Positions 1 to 8,848 of a stretch of DNA of 64,000 nt are shown here, piece after piece. Location of the stretch: the NCBI GenBank assembly GCA_963845585.1, contig CAWJSL010000003.1:1438235-1502234 (forward strand), written 5' to 3'. The notes under the pieces are model-generated. The model was not told where the DNA came from. It saw only the letters and a program-made list of their open reading frames with translations, and ran no database searches. Both the position numbers and the translations under genes were made by a program. The DNA is from an uncultured Acidobacteriaceae bacterium (GTDB taxonomy: Bacteria; Acidobacteriota; Terriglobia; Terriglobales; Acidobacteriaceae). Positions within the stretch are counted from its first letter, which is position 1; the number at the start of each line of letters is the position of its first letter.

Positions 1-777
1 TTTGTACTGGTGCAGGCAAAAACAGAAGATAAGCGTGACGAGCGTTATCGAGGCCATCCCGGCACGTGCCATGCTGAAAAGAACAAGGTACGCGCAAAGA
101 AGCAGGGCCCCCAGCCTGCGGAATCTTACCCTCGGCCCATCGCTGGTGAACCATCCCCACAGCAGGATGGGGAACAATCCGATGCTCATCGCCGCGCCCA
201 GGGAGTTGGGATTACCCCAAATACTTTGTCCCAGACCGAAATAACAGATGGCCGTGACATAGACCGCTATCTCACTTCCCCACAGCAGACCATGGAAAAA
301 ACGGTTCTCCCGGCCGAAAACGGCCAGGCGAGCGCCCGAAGCACAATATAGAAAAAGAAGGAACAGGCTCAAAGCCTTGAGGGACGCCATCTCTACGTAC
401 TCAGAAACGGTGGCGGAGACAAACGCGGCGCAGGTGCAAAACAGAGCGAGCAGATGCAGCGATCCGAAAGGCCTGCGGGGAGCCTTCGCCCAAACCATGC
501 AGCCAACCACCGCACCCACGAATAGCACCACCCAACGTCCAACCGTCCAGGCGCTTTGCAGGGGCAAAGGCATGCTAGCCCAAACAAAAGTGATCATCAG
601 CAGAACAAAAAAACGCTGGTCATATTTCCAGACCGTGGCGATGAGTACCTCCAACAGCAAGATCCCACCCAGGAAAGAAACGTCGCCGAAGTACTGCAAG
701 TGGGAATACACAAAATACAGTGCCAGGCCGAAGCCCAGCAGGAGACCTGCCCACTGCAGCGGCTTCAAGGAATTCAT
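1..777 (-). CDS. Integral membrane protein, O-antigen polymerase/ligase (Wzy_C-like) family; 3' end beyond window edge
   Basis: Minus-strand frame is open from ATG at 777 to base 1. It is absent from the ORF track because no stop lies in the window. I translated it by hand: MNSLKPLQWAGLLLGFGLALYFVY... and it is very hydrophobic. The motif WGNPNSLGAAMSIGLFPILL resembles the NxNxxA loop seen in the O-antigen ligase-family gene at 21405. ATGA overlap with the stop of the upstream GT4 gene. Confidence 0.6.
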   Translation of the reverse strand, partial: MNSLKPLQWAGLLLGFGLALYFVYSHLQYFGDVSFLGGILLLEVLIATVWKYDQRFFVLLMITFVWASMPLPLQSAWTVGRWVVLFVGAVVGCMVWAKAPRRPFGSLHLLALFCTCAAFVSATVSEYVEMASLKALSLFLLFLYCASGARLAVFGRENRFFHGLLWGSEIAVYVTAICYFGLGQSIWGNPNSLGAAMSIGLFPILLWGWFTSDGPRVRFRRLGALLLCAYLVLFSMARAGMASITLVTLIFCFCLHQYK

Positions 778-1925
778 CGAGCCTCCGTGCCAGCGGAGAT
801 CGCGGCCGCGGCCAGACCATCGGCGCATGCTTGCGGCGAGTAGTTTCGAATTCGTTCCGAGCTGCGCGCGCTCATCCGTGGCTTGAGCTCAGGCTGCCGC
901 GCCAGAGAATCGACCGCCACGCTGAGTTTCTCCGAATCTCGGGGAGGCACGACATAACCATTCCACCCATCTTCGACCAAGTCGGCCGAACATCCGGCGA
1001 CACTGCTCACAATGATCGGAAGTCCGCACGCCATCGCTTCGTTCACCACCAAACCCCAGGGGTCGCTGTGCGTCGGCAGAACCAAGGCTTCCGCGAGCGC
1101 ATACAGACCGGCCAGATCTTCCCGCTGCGCGAATCCCGGAAAACAAACCATCCCCGGGCTGATCCGTTTCGCCCGTTGCGCCAGTTCCTCTCTGGAGACG
1201 CCATCGCCCGCAAACACCAAGCCCACCTCGGATCGCAGGCCGCTCTCCAGTTTGGCATAGGCTTCGAGGAGATCAAAGACACCTTTTTCCGGAACCAAAC
1301 GGCCCACAAAAAGAATAAACCGCGCGGGCAGTTTCAGTTTCTCTCGAAATTGAGTTGCATGGGCCCTGGCGTTCTCCGCCTGCGCCGCAAACAAACTGTT
1401 GTCGACGGCATTGGGCGCGGTCGAGATGCTTGCCTCCGGAGACCCAAGCGACCTGAGATACTCGAAGGAAGCCTTTCCCGGCACCACGAATCCGTCACAG
1501 TGCCTCAAAAAATAGGCCTTCAGGGACTCCACCCATGCCCATCCGCGACGAGCGTCCTCGCCGTTGCTCTCCGACCACAACACAAATCGAACCCCGCGGC
1601 GCCGCGCCCACAAGAGCGCTTCCCAGGAGGCCGCGTAGTTGTAGCCGCCACAGATGATAACCTGCGGACTCACCCGGTTTAGGGCAGCCCACAATCCTCG
1701 ATTGATCAGCAGACTGCTTTTCCCCGCTCGCCACCGCCAGGACGACAGAATCTGATGCGAAAAACGGATTTCATCCTTATAGACACGCCACTGTCGAAGC
1801 GCCTCATCCGTCTCTGCCAGAAATATTACGTGCAGATCCAGCCCCGCTCGGCGTGCCAGAACGTTGAAAACCGGGATGCGGTAGGGAGCAATGATCTCGG
1901 TGAGGATCGCAAGCCGTTGTGTCAT
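774..1925 (-). CDS. Glycosyltransferase family 4 (GT-B, GT1/GT4-type)
   Basis: ORF 774..1934. C-terminal motif EALVLPTHSDPWGLVVNEAMACGLPIIVS is the classic GT4 E-x7-E region. ATG at 1925 is preferred over GTG at 1934. Confidence 0.85.
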   Translation of the reverse strand: MTQRLAILTEIIAPYRIPVFNVLARRAGLDLHVIFLAETDEALRQWRVYKDEIRFSHQILSSWRWRAGKSSLLINRGLWAALNRVSPQVIICGGYNYAASWEALLWARRRGVRFVLWSESNGEDARRGWAWVESLKAYFLRHCDGFVVPGKASFEYLRSLGSPEASISTAPNAVDNSLFAAQAENARAHATQFREKLKLPARFILFVGRLVPEKGVFDLLEAYAKLESGLRSEVGLVFAGDGVSREELAQRAKRISPGMVCFPGFAQREDLAGLYALAEALVLPTHSDPWGLVVNEAMACGLPIIVSSVAGCSADLVEDGWNGYVVPPRDSEKLSVAVDSLARQPELKPRMSARSSERIRNYSPQACADGLAAAAISAGTEAR

Positions 1926-1968
1926 ACACTCCACTCGTCCGAAGTTCTGAATGAACGCCGCGCTTGCT

Positions 1969-3051
1969 TCATGCGATTCGCGAGACTCGCTTCCCTCGAT
2001 GCGTGTTATGGCTGACCACGGCCAACTCCAGAAGCTCCTGCCACTGTTCGGTGATCCGGTCCCAGTCGAATTTTTCGGCGTGCTTGATGGCCGCCGACGA
2101 CATCCGGGCTGTCAGGTCCTGCTCCCGAATCAAACGGTTGAGCGCCTCGCTCATCCGATCTTCGGAAGACACCAGCAGCCCAGTAACCCCATCGACGACG
2201 TAGTCGGGGTGGTAAGAACTCCGCGCCACGCACGGGAGACCGCACGCCGCAGCCTGCCCCAAAACCTGGGGATGCCCTTCGACATCGCTCGGGAAGAAGA
2301 ATATGCGGGCACGGCGCATCTCGGCGCCCAGTTGAGCAGCGCCCAGGTGGCCGAGAAATACAACGTTGCTGCAGTTGAGCTCTTGTGCCAATCGCTCGCA
2401 AGCGCTCTGCTCTTCCCCCATTCCAGCCAACCGGAATTCCCACTCCGGATGTTTGGCAGCCTCCCGAACCACGAGGTCGGCCCGCTTGTACCGACGAAAG
2501 GAGCCGGCAAACAGGACGCGCGGCCTCTCGCCCTCGTCTCTCGGTCCTGCAGGCGGATAGTAATAGCGCCGGTCGATGCCGTCGTAAACCGTTTGCACAT
2601 TCCGCCCTCCGAGCCTCTCGACCGTCTCGGACATGTGGCGACTATTGCCTGCGACTACGTCGCACTCCCGAATCGCGCGCCGCAGAATCGGCCGGTTCGC
2701 GTCCTCTTCCAGTCCTCCGGAAACCACGTAAGTCACCAGCGCCGACTTCCAATGCAATTTCGCGCGGGCCGAAAGGAAGGCGGAATCGAGCGGGCCCTCC
2801 CTCGGAAAAAAATAAACATCCGGGACATGGGTCAGCATGTGCCACAGAATGCGCGCTGTATTGCCGCGTTTCTTCCACCGAAGAATCCGGGTGTTAGGGC
2901 GCGAGGCAATCCTCGGGTCCGTTTCGCCGTTGCCAAGCATCACCACCCGAAAACGCGATGCATCCATTCGCGCCACGACTTCTTTCACCGTCAGGTTCTG
3001 GGCGTTGGTGTTGCTCTCGTCGGCGAAAGAGGGCGTGAAAACTGTGATCAT
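1969..3051 (-). CDS. Glycosyltransferase family 4
   Basis: 360-aa ORF with FFFPSDVEGHPQVLGQAAACGLPCVA (GT4 nucleotide-sugar binding region). Co-directional with flanking EPS genes. Confidence 0.85.
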   Translation of the reverse strand: MITVFTPSFADESNTNAQNLTVKEVVARMDASRFRVVMLGNGETDPRIASRPNTRILRWKKRGNTARILWHMLTHVPDVYFFPREGPLDSAFLSARAKLHWKSALVTYVVSGGLEEDANRPILRRAIRECDVVAGNSRHMSETVERLGGRNVQTVYDGIDRRYYYPPAGPRDEGERPRVLFAGSFRRYKRADLVVREAAKHPEWEFRLAGMGEEQSACERLAQELNCSNVVFLGHLGAAQLGAEMRRARIFFFPSDVEGHPQVLGQAAACGLPCVARSSYHPDYVVDGVTGLLVSSEDRMSEALNRLIREQDLTARMSSAAIKHAEKFDWDRITEQWQELLELAVVSHNTHRGKRVSRIA

Positions 3052-3091
3052 GCGGTTGGCAAAAGCTTGCCCCGAAACGGCAAGTCGTGTG

Positions 3092-4645
3092 TCAGGAATT
3101 GTTGGACTTCCATTCTACCCGATGATTACGCGCTGAAGACCTCGTATCGAAGGCCTCGTAACGAAGATCGCGCAGGCGGGCCCGCAGGCGCAGCGCACCA
3201 TCTCGACCTAAAACCGTTTTCTCCATGTGTTCTAGGGCGGCGTGCAACAGTCGCTTCCGGCTTTCGAGCGCGGGCCCGCCGACATTAGGATGAGTCTCCG
3301 CTGGATCCGTTTCCAGGTCGTACACGTCCTCGGTCGCGCCAGGCCCAAGCCGCATGACTAACTTGAAGCGGGCATCGCGAACTCCCAGAAGCCTCGGCGC
3401 CTGCCGGTTTTCCGGCCGAAAAGGATTCGTACAACCATACGCGCACTCGATGATCGCGGGACCGTCCCAGGCAATCCCGCGCTCGATATTGGTCCACAAG
3501 CTCCGCCCCTGAAACCCCGGCGGAGCCTGCACGCCCATGATCTCAAGTAGAGTGGGCGCCAGGTGCAGATGGCTCATCGGAGACGCTGGAACTTTCACGC
3601 CTTGCTTTCCAGGAACGCGAATCAGCAGCGGCACACGAACAATTTCCTCATGCAGCCGCACCGGCGAGTGATAGCGCCCGCCGTGTTCGAGAAACTCCTC
3701 GCCGTGGTCCGCTGTCAGCGCGAACACGCAGTCGTCCCACAGATGGGTTTGCCTGAGATTCTGCACCAGCCGCGCAATCTGGCGATCGACCCACCGGATG
3801 CCCGCGTCGTATAGCTGGACCACCTCATCCCGTTTCCCGCGCAAGCCGGAAGGCGTCAGGTCCGAACGGTTCCAGTATTCGTTCACATAGCGGGCGCGGT
3901 CAGGCCTGATGTCCCTTCCTGTCAGTTCGCGAAACGCCTCATTCGGCGGATAGTACGGCGCATGCGGGTCCATCAGATGAAGCCACAGGAAAAACGGACG
4001 CTGCCCGCTCGATGCCAGCCACGACTGCGCCCGGTCCACTAGAATGTCCGCGGCCGGATATTTTCTCAGAGCGTCAACGCTCTCCGCCGCCGGCGCAATC
4101 TTCATGCAGTACTGAAAGTACAGTTCGTTGTAGGCCCTGCTCAGCCCAACCGCTCCCGCAATACTTTTTATGGATCGATTCACCTTCCCTCGGACCGGCT
4201 CGCCGCGTGGAGATTCCGGACCCACAGTGTCTTGAGCGAACTGCGCTTCGAAGTCAAGGAAATCGCGGAAGACCTCGAATCCCTGGTCGTATCCGAAGCG
4301 CGGCGAAATGTACGGATTGCCCGCCGAAAAAGCGCCCGTGGCATAACCAGCCTCCCGCAACACGGTTGCCAGCGTGCTTTCCCCGGGAGCGAGCCCGACC
4401 ACGTCCCGGCCCAACGCCAAAGGCATACGCGAGGCAAAAATCGCGGGGAACGAATAGCACGTGGGCGCGCCGGCAACAATGGCCGCCGGAACTACAAACG
4501 ATTCTGCCGCCAGCGAATCCAGAAAAAGAGTCGCGGGACGCGAGTATCCGTACCATCCGCAATGGTCCGCGCGCAGGCAGTCCACCGTGATCAACACCAG
4601 CGATCGCTTGCCCGGAGCCAGGTTCGGAATGAAGTCCGGGGCCAC
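3092..4645 (-). CDS. Sulfatase-like hydrolase/transferase (alkaline phosphatase superfamily), apparently cytoplasmic
   Basis: 517 aa. N-terminal metal-site motif LVLITVDCLRADHCGWYGY and the LTADHGEEF motif are typical of the sulfatase fold. No CxPxR formylglycine motif and no signal peptide are visible. Confidence 0.8.
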   Translation of the reverse strand: MAPDFIPNLAPGKRSLVLITVDCLRADHCGWYGYSRPATLFLDSLAAESFVVPAAIVAGAPTCYSFPAIFASRMPLALGRDVVGLAPGESTLATVLREAGYATGAFSAGNPYISPRFGYDQGFEVFRDFLDFEAQFAQDTVGPESPRGEPVRGKVNRSIKSIAGAVGLSRAYNELYFQYCMKIAPAAESVDALRKYPAADILVDRAQSWLASSGQRPFFLWLHLMDPHAPYYPPNEAFRELTGRDIRPDRARYVNEYWNRSDLTPSGLRGKRDEVVQLYDAGIRWVDRQIARLVQNLRQTHLWDDCVFALTADHGEEFLEHGGRYHSPVRLHEEIVRVPLLIRVPGKQGVKVPASPMSHLHLAPTLLEIMGVQAPPGFQGRSLWTNIERGIAWDGPAIIECAYGCTNPFRPENRQAPRLLGVRDARFKLVMRLGPGATEDVYDLETDPAETHPNVGGPALESRKRLLHAALEHMEKTVLGRDGALRLRARLRDLRYEAFDTRSSARNHRVEWKSNNS

Positions 4646-4646
4646 T

Positions 4647-5822
4647 TTACCTGTTCGCTCCCGCCGTAGTCACGCGCACTTTTACTCTCCCGTTTTCTCC
4701 CGCATAGGTGCCCTCAGTCGCGATTGAGAAGAGATCCGCGTCATGAACATAGAGCAAGTCCGGCCACTTTTTTCCCAGCGCGGTCAAAAACTCATCCAGG
4801 AGCTTCAACGTCGGCGTCCGGAAATCCTGGATCGTCGAGTGAAAATTAATCGAATGGACCGAAATCACCGCCGGCACGCCAGCCGTGAAACACTCCCCCG
4901 CCTGCGTCATCAGTGTCTGCACGTCGCACCGAACATTGCTCCGGTCCGTGGCAGGCTCCATTTCAACCGTGCGAAAAGTGAAGAGCATTCCGTTCTTATC
5001 CAGATAGGGCCCGCTGCGCTCGCCGGGGCCGTTCTGCGCGCCATTCTGTGCGACCCGCACTCCATTCTCGAACCAAGCCGCTCTCGAATCCGCGTTGGCG
5101 CGATAGCCCGGCGCGCAGGCACTGAACGGACCCAAAGCCATCAGGTCTCGAAACACTCCCGCCGCTCGCGCAATCGCAGTCCGCTGATCGTCCACTGACA
5201 AGAATCGGCGTGCGGGCCGCATCTCCGGGTCCCAATACTCATACCCGATCCAGGGCATCCGCCAGTGAATGTAAGGAGTTTGCGCACGCCACAATTTCTT
5301 CACCAGTTGGGCCCGCTCTTCGCCGGCGTAAAGTTCTCGAGCCATCGCCCGCTCGCAAAAGTGAGTCAGCCCGTGCAGAGCGGGATAGAACAGGCGCTCG
5401 CGAATGCCCTGCCGATACGCCTCCAACAACTGAGGACGATGCCACTTACCCGGCAATCCTTCTGTCAGAGGCCGCAGCGGAATCTGTTTCTGACCGGGTT
5501 CGAAGAGGCGGTCGAAATCCACATTGGCCATGATGAAATTCATGACCATCGACGGCCTGCGCCCGGTCGAGTCCCGGTGCTTCTTCAGAACTTCTCCGAG
5601 CGCGTGCAGATCCTCGGCCGTTTCCAGGCTGTAGAAATCGTACGGCTTCTCTCCCATTTCCAAACCGGCGGCCCGGAGCTCTTCCCATCCCTCACGGTCG
5701 CGCACTCCGGCGCGGCCCCAATCGTCGCTCTGAAACACAACCAGCGGACGGTCAAAGCGCAGAGCAGGCGGCGTCGCCGACTTCTTCGCCAGCCCGAGCG
5801 CATTTCGCAGTCGCGTTATCAT
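4647..5822 (-). CDS. Conserved hypothetical protein, possible divergent NodB/CE4-like polysaccharide deacetylase
   Basis: 391-aa ORF tightly packed between sulfatase-like and FemAB-like genes. Motifs FQSDDWG and ALHGLTHF resemble the CE4 Asp-Asp and HxxxH metal motifs. The functional call is weak. Confidence 0.55.
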   Translation of the reverse strand: MITRLRNALGLAKKSATPPALRFDRPLVVFQSDDWGRAGVRDREGWEELRAAGLEMGEKPYDFYSLETAEDLHALGEVLKKHRDSTGRRPSMVMNFIMANVDFDRLFEPGQKQIPLRPLTEGLPGKWHRPQLLEAYRQGIRERLFYPALHGLTHFCERAMARELYAGEERAQLVKKLWRAQTPYIHWRMPWIGYEYWDPEMRPARRFLSVDDQRTAIARAAGVFRDLMALGPFSACAPGYRANADSRAAWFENGVRVAQNGAQNGPGERSGPYLDKNGMLFTFRTVEMEPATDRSNVRCDVQTLMTQAGECFTAGVPAVISVHSINFHSTIQDFRTPTLKLLDEFLTALGKKWPDLLYVHDADLFSIATEGTYAGENGRVKVRVTTAGANR

Positions 5823-5930
5823 TTCAGTTCATTTCCGGCAACGTCATGGCCCCGGAGGCCCACGCCTTTACCCGGGCTCTGCTTGCGATGCCAAAATCCG
5901 CACCCGAAAGATTTGTGCACCCCAGCCGCG

Positions 5931-6962
5931 CTATGGTGTGCGCCATTTAGATCTCGCCTTGGTTACGAAGTCCAATATCGAACATAGTCTCCGGTCCAAA
6001 GGATACCTGTAGGCTGGGGAAAGCCGGACTAATGTTTGGCAGAAACCTCGTTTGAACAAAGCCGGCCCCGTGCTGATGTCCTCGCGATACCCTCCAAAGT
6101 CATAATCAACGCAACCATGCTCTTTCGCCCATCGAATCGCATGCCATTGGAGCAAGTGGCCAGCGCTCAAACGATCGTCCTTGGTGGTCGCGCCAAAAAC
6201 GTACCAGGACCGGGTCGCCGCCCTAACCACCAACGTACCGCCTAGCAACATTGCTTCCTTGAAAGCGAGCAAAAGAGCTCCTCGGTCCTTCTCCTTCACG
6301 ATCCACCGCAATACGTGCGACAAATGGCTGGGCTCAACGGCAATGAAGTTCTTCTTCCTCGCCATCTCAAAATAAATACGCTGAAACTCCTGAAGGTCTC
6401 CCTCGTCCTGTGCGAACCTGATCACCATTCCTTGTTGCTCAGAACGTCGGATTTCGTACCGTGTTGCCTTCCGAAAGCTGCGCAGTAATTCGTCATTTCC
6501 AGCGGCCAAATTCAAGCGTAAAGAACTCCTGCGGTCCGGGAGCAATTGCCACCCGTCGTGAGACAAGGTGCTTCCGACATTCCATTCCGGGTGCTCAACC
6601 CAGTCAGGAGCGATCTCGATGTACGCGAAGCCCAGTTCCTTGCTCTTTTCAAGAAGCTTGCCAAGTCCGTACAGCGTCAGGTCGGCGTCATCGCAGGCCG
6701 GCCCGCGGTAGACCATCAGACTGCGGACCGGTCGCAGCCATTTGCCCAGGGGAAAAATTACTCCGCAGAGAGCGAACCAAAGCATCTCGCCTTGTTCCCG
6801 CACGGTGGCACAATACATGTCTTCACGCTCATCGCCGTTTCCTTCCCCCGTCCAATTGGGAAATTGGAACGGATGACTATTGCTCTGGCGGTCCAGAAAC
6901 GCCTCGATTTCCCGGTGAATGGCGGGGGCTAACTCTTGCGTCTTAAGAAATTCAAAATGCAT
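5931..6962 (-). CDS. FemAB-like / GNAT-fold aminoacyl- or acyl-transferase
   Basis: 343 aa. LLQWHAIRWAKEHGCVDYDFGGY is typical of the FemAB (acetyltransf_6-like) family. Confidence 0.7.
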   Translation of the reverse strand: MHFEFLKTQELAPAIHREIEAFLDRQSNSHPFQFPNWTGEGNGDEREDMYCATVREQGEMLWFALCGVIFPLGKWLRPVRSLMVYRGPACDDADLTLYGLGKLLEKSKELGFAYIEIAPDWVEHPEWNVGSTLSHDGWQLLPDRRSSLRLNLAAGNDELLRSFRKATRYEIRRSEQQGMVIRFAQDEGDLQEFQRIYFEMARKKNFIAVEPSHLSHVLRWIVKEKDRGALLLAFKEAMLLGGTLVVRAATRSWYVFGATTKDDRLSAGHLLQWHAIRWAKEHGCVDYDFGGYREDISTGPALFKRGFCQTLVRLSPAYRYPLDRRLCSILDFVTKARSKWRTP

Positions 6963-7015
6963 TGGCGGAGCAGAAGCGCAGGGTGATCAAGCAACAAGCC
7001 GCAACCTTTGGTACG

Positions 7016-7216
7016 TTAGATGTAGCCAAGGGCTTTCAATCTCTCTTCGATGATGTGCTGTTCCTCCTGGTCTAGTCTTACCGCATCCTGGCGGGTGACT
7101 TCCTCCAATAGAAACACGATCAGTTTTTCCAGGCTTGGAAATCGCTTCCCGTAGAGTTCTTCCGCCGCCGAGCAGAGGTCCTCTGGCAGACTTACTTGTC
7201 GTAACGATGCTGTCAT
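7016..7216 (-). CDS. Small hypothetical protein (66 aa)
   Basis: ORF lies 14 nt downstream of the flippase stop on the same strand. It is acidic and helical-looking (…QEEQHIIEERLKALGYI). No recognisable motif. Confidence 0.4.
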   Translation of the reverse strand: MTASLRQVSLPEDLCSAAEELYGKRFPSLEKLIVFLLEEVTRQDAVRLDQEEQHIIEERLKALGYI

Positions 7217-7229
7217 CGAGCTTCAAGCC

Positions 7230-8729
7230 TCATATTCGGAGCATTCCCCGTACTCTGGACCCTATGGCTCCAGCCACCAAACGGTCATCCTCATCCAACC
7301 CGACAAGTAACACCAATGAGGTAAAGGCGAGGTAGCCCAACCCCAGGCCGGCCAGGATGGCAAGAACTGCATTGTGGAACCGACTTGCCTCCATCCCTAC
7401 CAGAGCCACCATCGCCACGGTACCCAATACCGGCAAAAACAGCCGGACGTAGCTTCGATTATACGGAGTCAATCCCAGGATCGCCTTCACTTCGCGCAAG
7501 TACAGCAGGTTGATCGCGGCATTCGTTGAAGCCGACACAACAATCGCCCCAATGACTCCCCAAATCGGTATGAGAGCAAGATTGAAAATGATGTTCCCAA
7601 TCACAACCTTAACCTGCACTCGAACCAGACGGTCCTGGTTGCCCGACATAATCAGCAAGAGGCCTGCGGAACCCACCGCGCAGTTGATCAATTCTCCGAA
7701 GGTTCCGATCACCAGGATTGGCCACCCGGCTCGAAACTCGCTTCCAAATATCCGCATCAGTGGCGCGGCAAAGACACAAACCACAATCGCCAGCGGAAGA
7801 GTGAATCCAACAATCCACTTGGTCAGAGTCTGATAGAGCCGCCGCAAAAGATCTAGTTCCCCGCGCGCGTGCAAATCCGCGATGGTGGGGGAAAAAATCT
7901 GATTCACCGATCGCAGCAGGATCGGCAGGAACGCCGCGACCGAGGCCGCTACCACATAGATGCCCACACTCCGGGCGTCCAGATAATAGCCCAGCACAAT
8001 CTTGTCCAATGAAGCAAAAGTGCATTCCAGTGCCTGCACCGCAAACAGGCTGGCAGAAAACCGAATCGCTTCACGTTGCAAGGCTGGAAGTTCGCCGGCC
8101 ACGGAACGGTAGCCCGGCGGCATGAGTTTCCATGTGGCCGCCGCCAACAGGATGAGCGTGACCACGGCGGAGGCAATCTGCGCCAGCAAGTACCCGAGAA
8201 GGCCCATGCCAAGCATCAGCAGGCCGACGCCGATCAGCATGTTAAGCGGACTGCCAATGAAGTTCGTGATGACCGTTCTGCGGGCAACGTCCTTGAAGCC
8301 GGCAAGGGCCTGCCCAAAGAACGAGGTGAAGCTCCCCAAAACCATCAATACGGCAAAAGCCCCCATGTACTTCGACAATGTCGGCGTGTGGTAAAAGCGA
8401 TTCGCCACCCACCCTTTGATCAAGAGCATAAGGGCGGCGACCATCAAGTTTGCGACTGCAAGGACCCCAATGCCGCGCCACAGGAATCCCTTAAGCTCGG
8501 CATAGCGCCCGGTTCCGCTGTATACCGCCACGTATCGAGCCGCGGCCTGAGGAAGCCCCAGAGCCGCAATCAATCCGAGCACGCCGCCAACCGTCATGCC
8601 GAGCGCATAGATTCCGAGCGCGTCCGCGCCCAACACTCGCGCCAGGTAGATTTTGAAGAGGTATCCCGCGCCGGCCGTAAACATCGTCCCCGCGAAGAAG
8701 ACCGCGGAATGCCGCGAGATTTGTCCCAT
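7230..8729 (-). CDS. Polysaccharide flippase, MOP/Wzx (polysaccharide biosynthesis protein) family
   Basis: ORF 7230..8957 is multi-TM throughout. The ATG at 8729 (MGQISRHSAVFFAGTMF) avoids overlap with the upstream gene ending at 8849, so the N-terminal 76 codons of the maximal ORF are probably not translated. Confidence 0.85.
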   Translation of the reverse strand: MGQISRHSAVFFAGTMFTAGAGYLFKIYLARVLGADALGIYALGMTVGGVLGLIAALGLPQAAARYVAVYSGTGRYAELKGFLWRGIGVLAVANLMVAALMLLIKGWVANRFYHTPTLSKYMGAFAVLMVLGSFTSFFGQALAGFKDVARRTVITNFIGSPLNMLIGVGLLMLGMGLLGYLLAQIASAVVTLILLAAATWKLMPPGYRSVAGELPALQREAIRFSASLFAVQALECTFASLDKIVLGYYLDARSVGIYVVAASVAAFLPILLRSVNQIFSPTIADLHARGELDLLRRLYQTLTKWIVGFTLPLAIVVCVFAAPLMRIFGSEFRAGWPILVIGTFGELINCAVGSAGLLLIMSGNQDRLVRVQVKVVIGNIIFNLALIPIWGVIGAIVVSASTNAAINLLYLREVKAILGLTPYNRSYVRLFLPVLGTVAMVALVGMEASRFHNAVLAILAGLGLGYLAFTSLVLLVGLDEDDRLVAGAIGSRVRGMLRI

Positions 8730-8848
8730 CTCGCTGCGAAATCGCGCCTCGTGACTGGGTGCGAGCGCTGGCTGCGACGCCTCGAGGGCTGTGTCGGGGA
8801 TGTTCAAAATATGCCTGTGCGCGCGTGCTGACGAATCGTCGTTCCAGA

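Noticed and set aside
3092-4645. Interpreting the sulfatase-like gene as a secreted formylglycine sulfatase that trims the sulfated EPS.
   Set aside because: I can see no CxPxR/SxPxR motif and no signal peptide. It is kept as a generic sulfatase-fold hydrolase/transferase.
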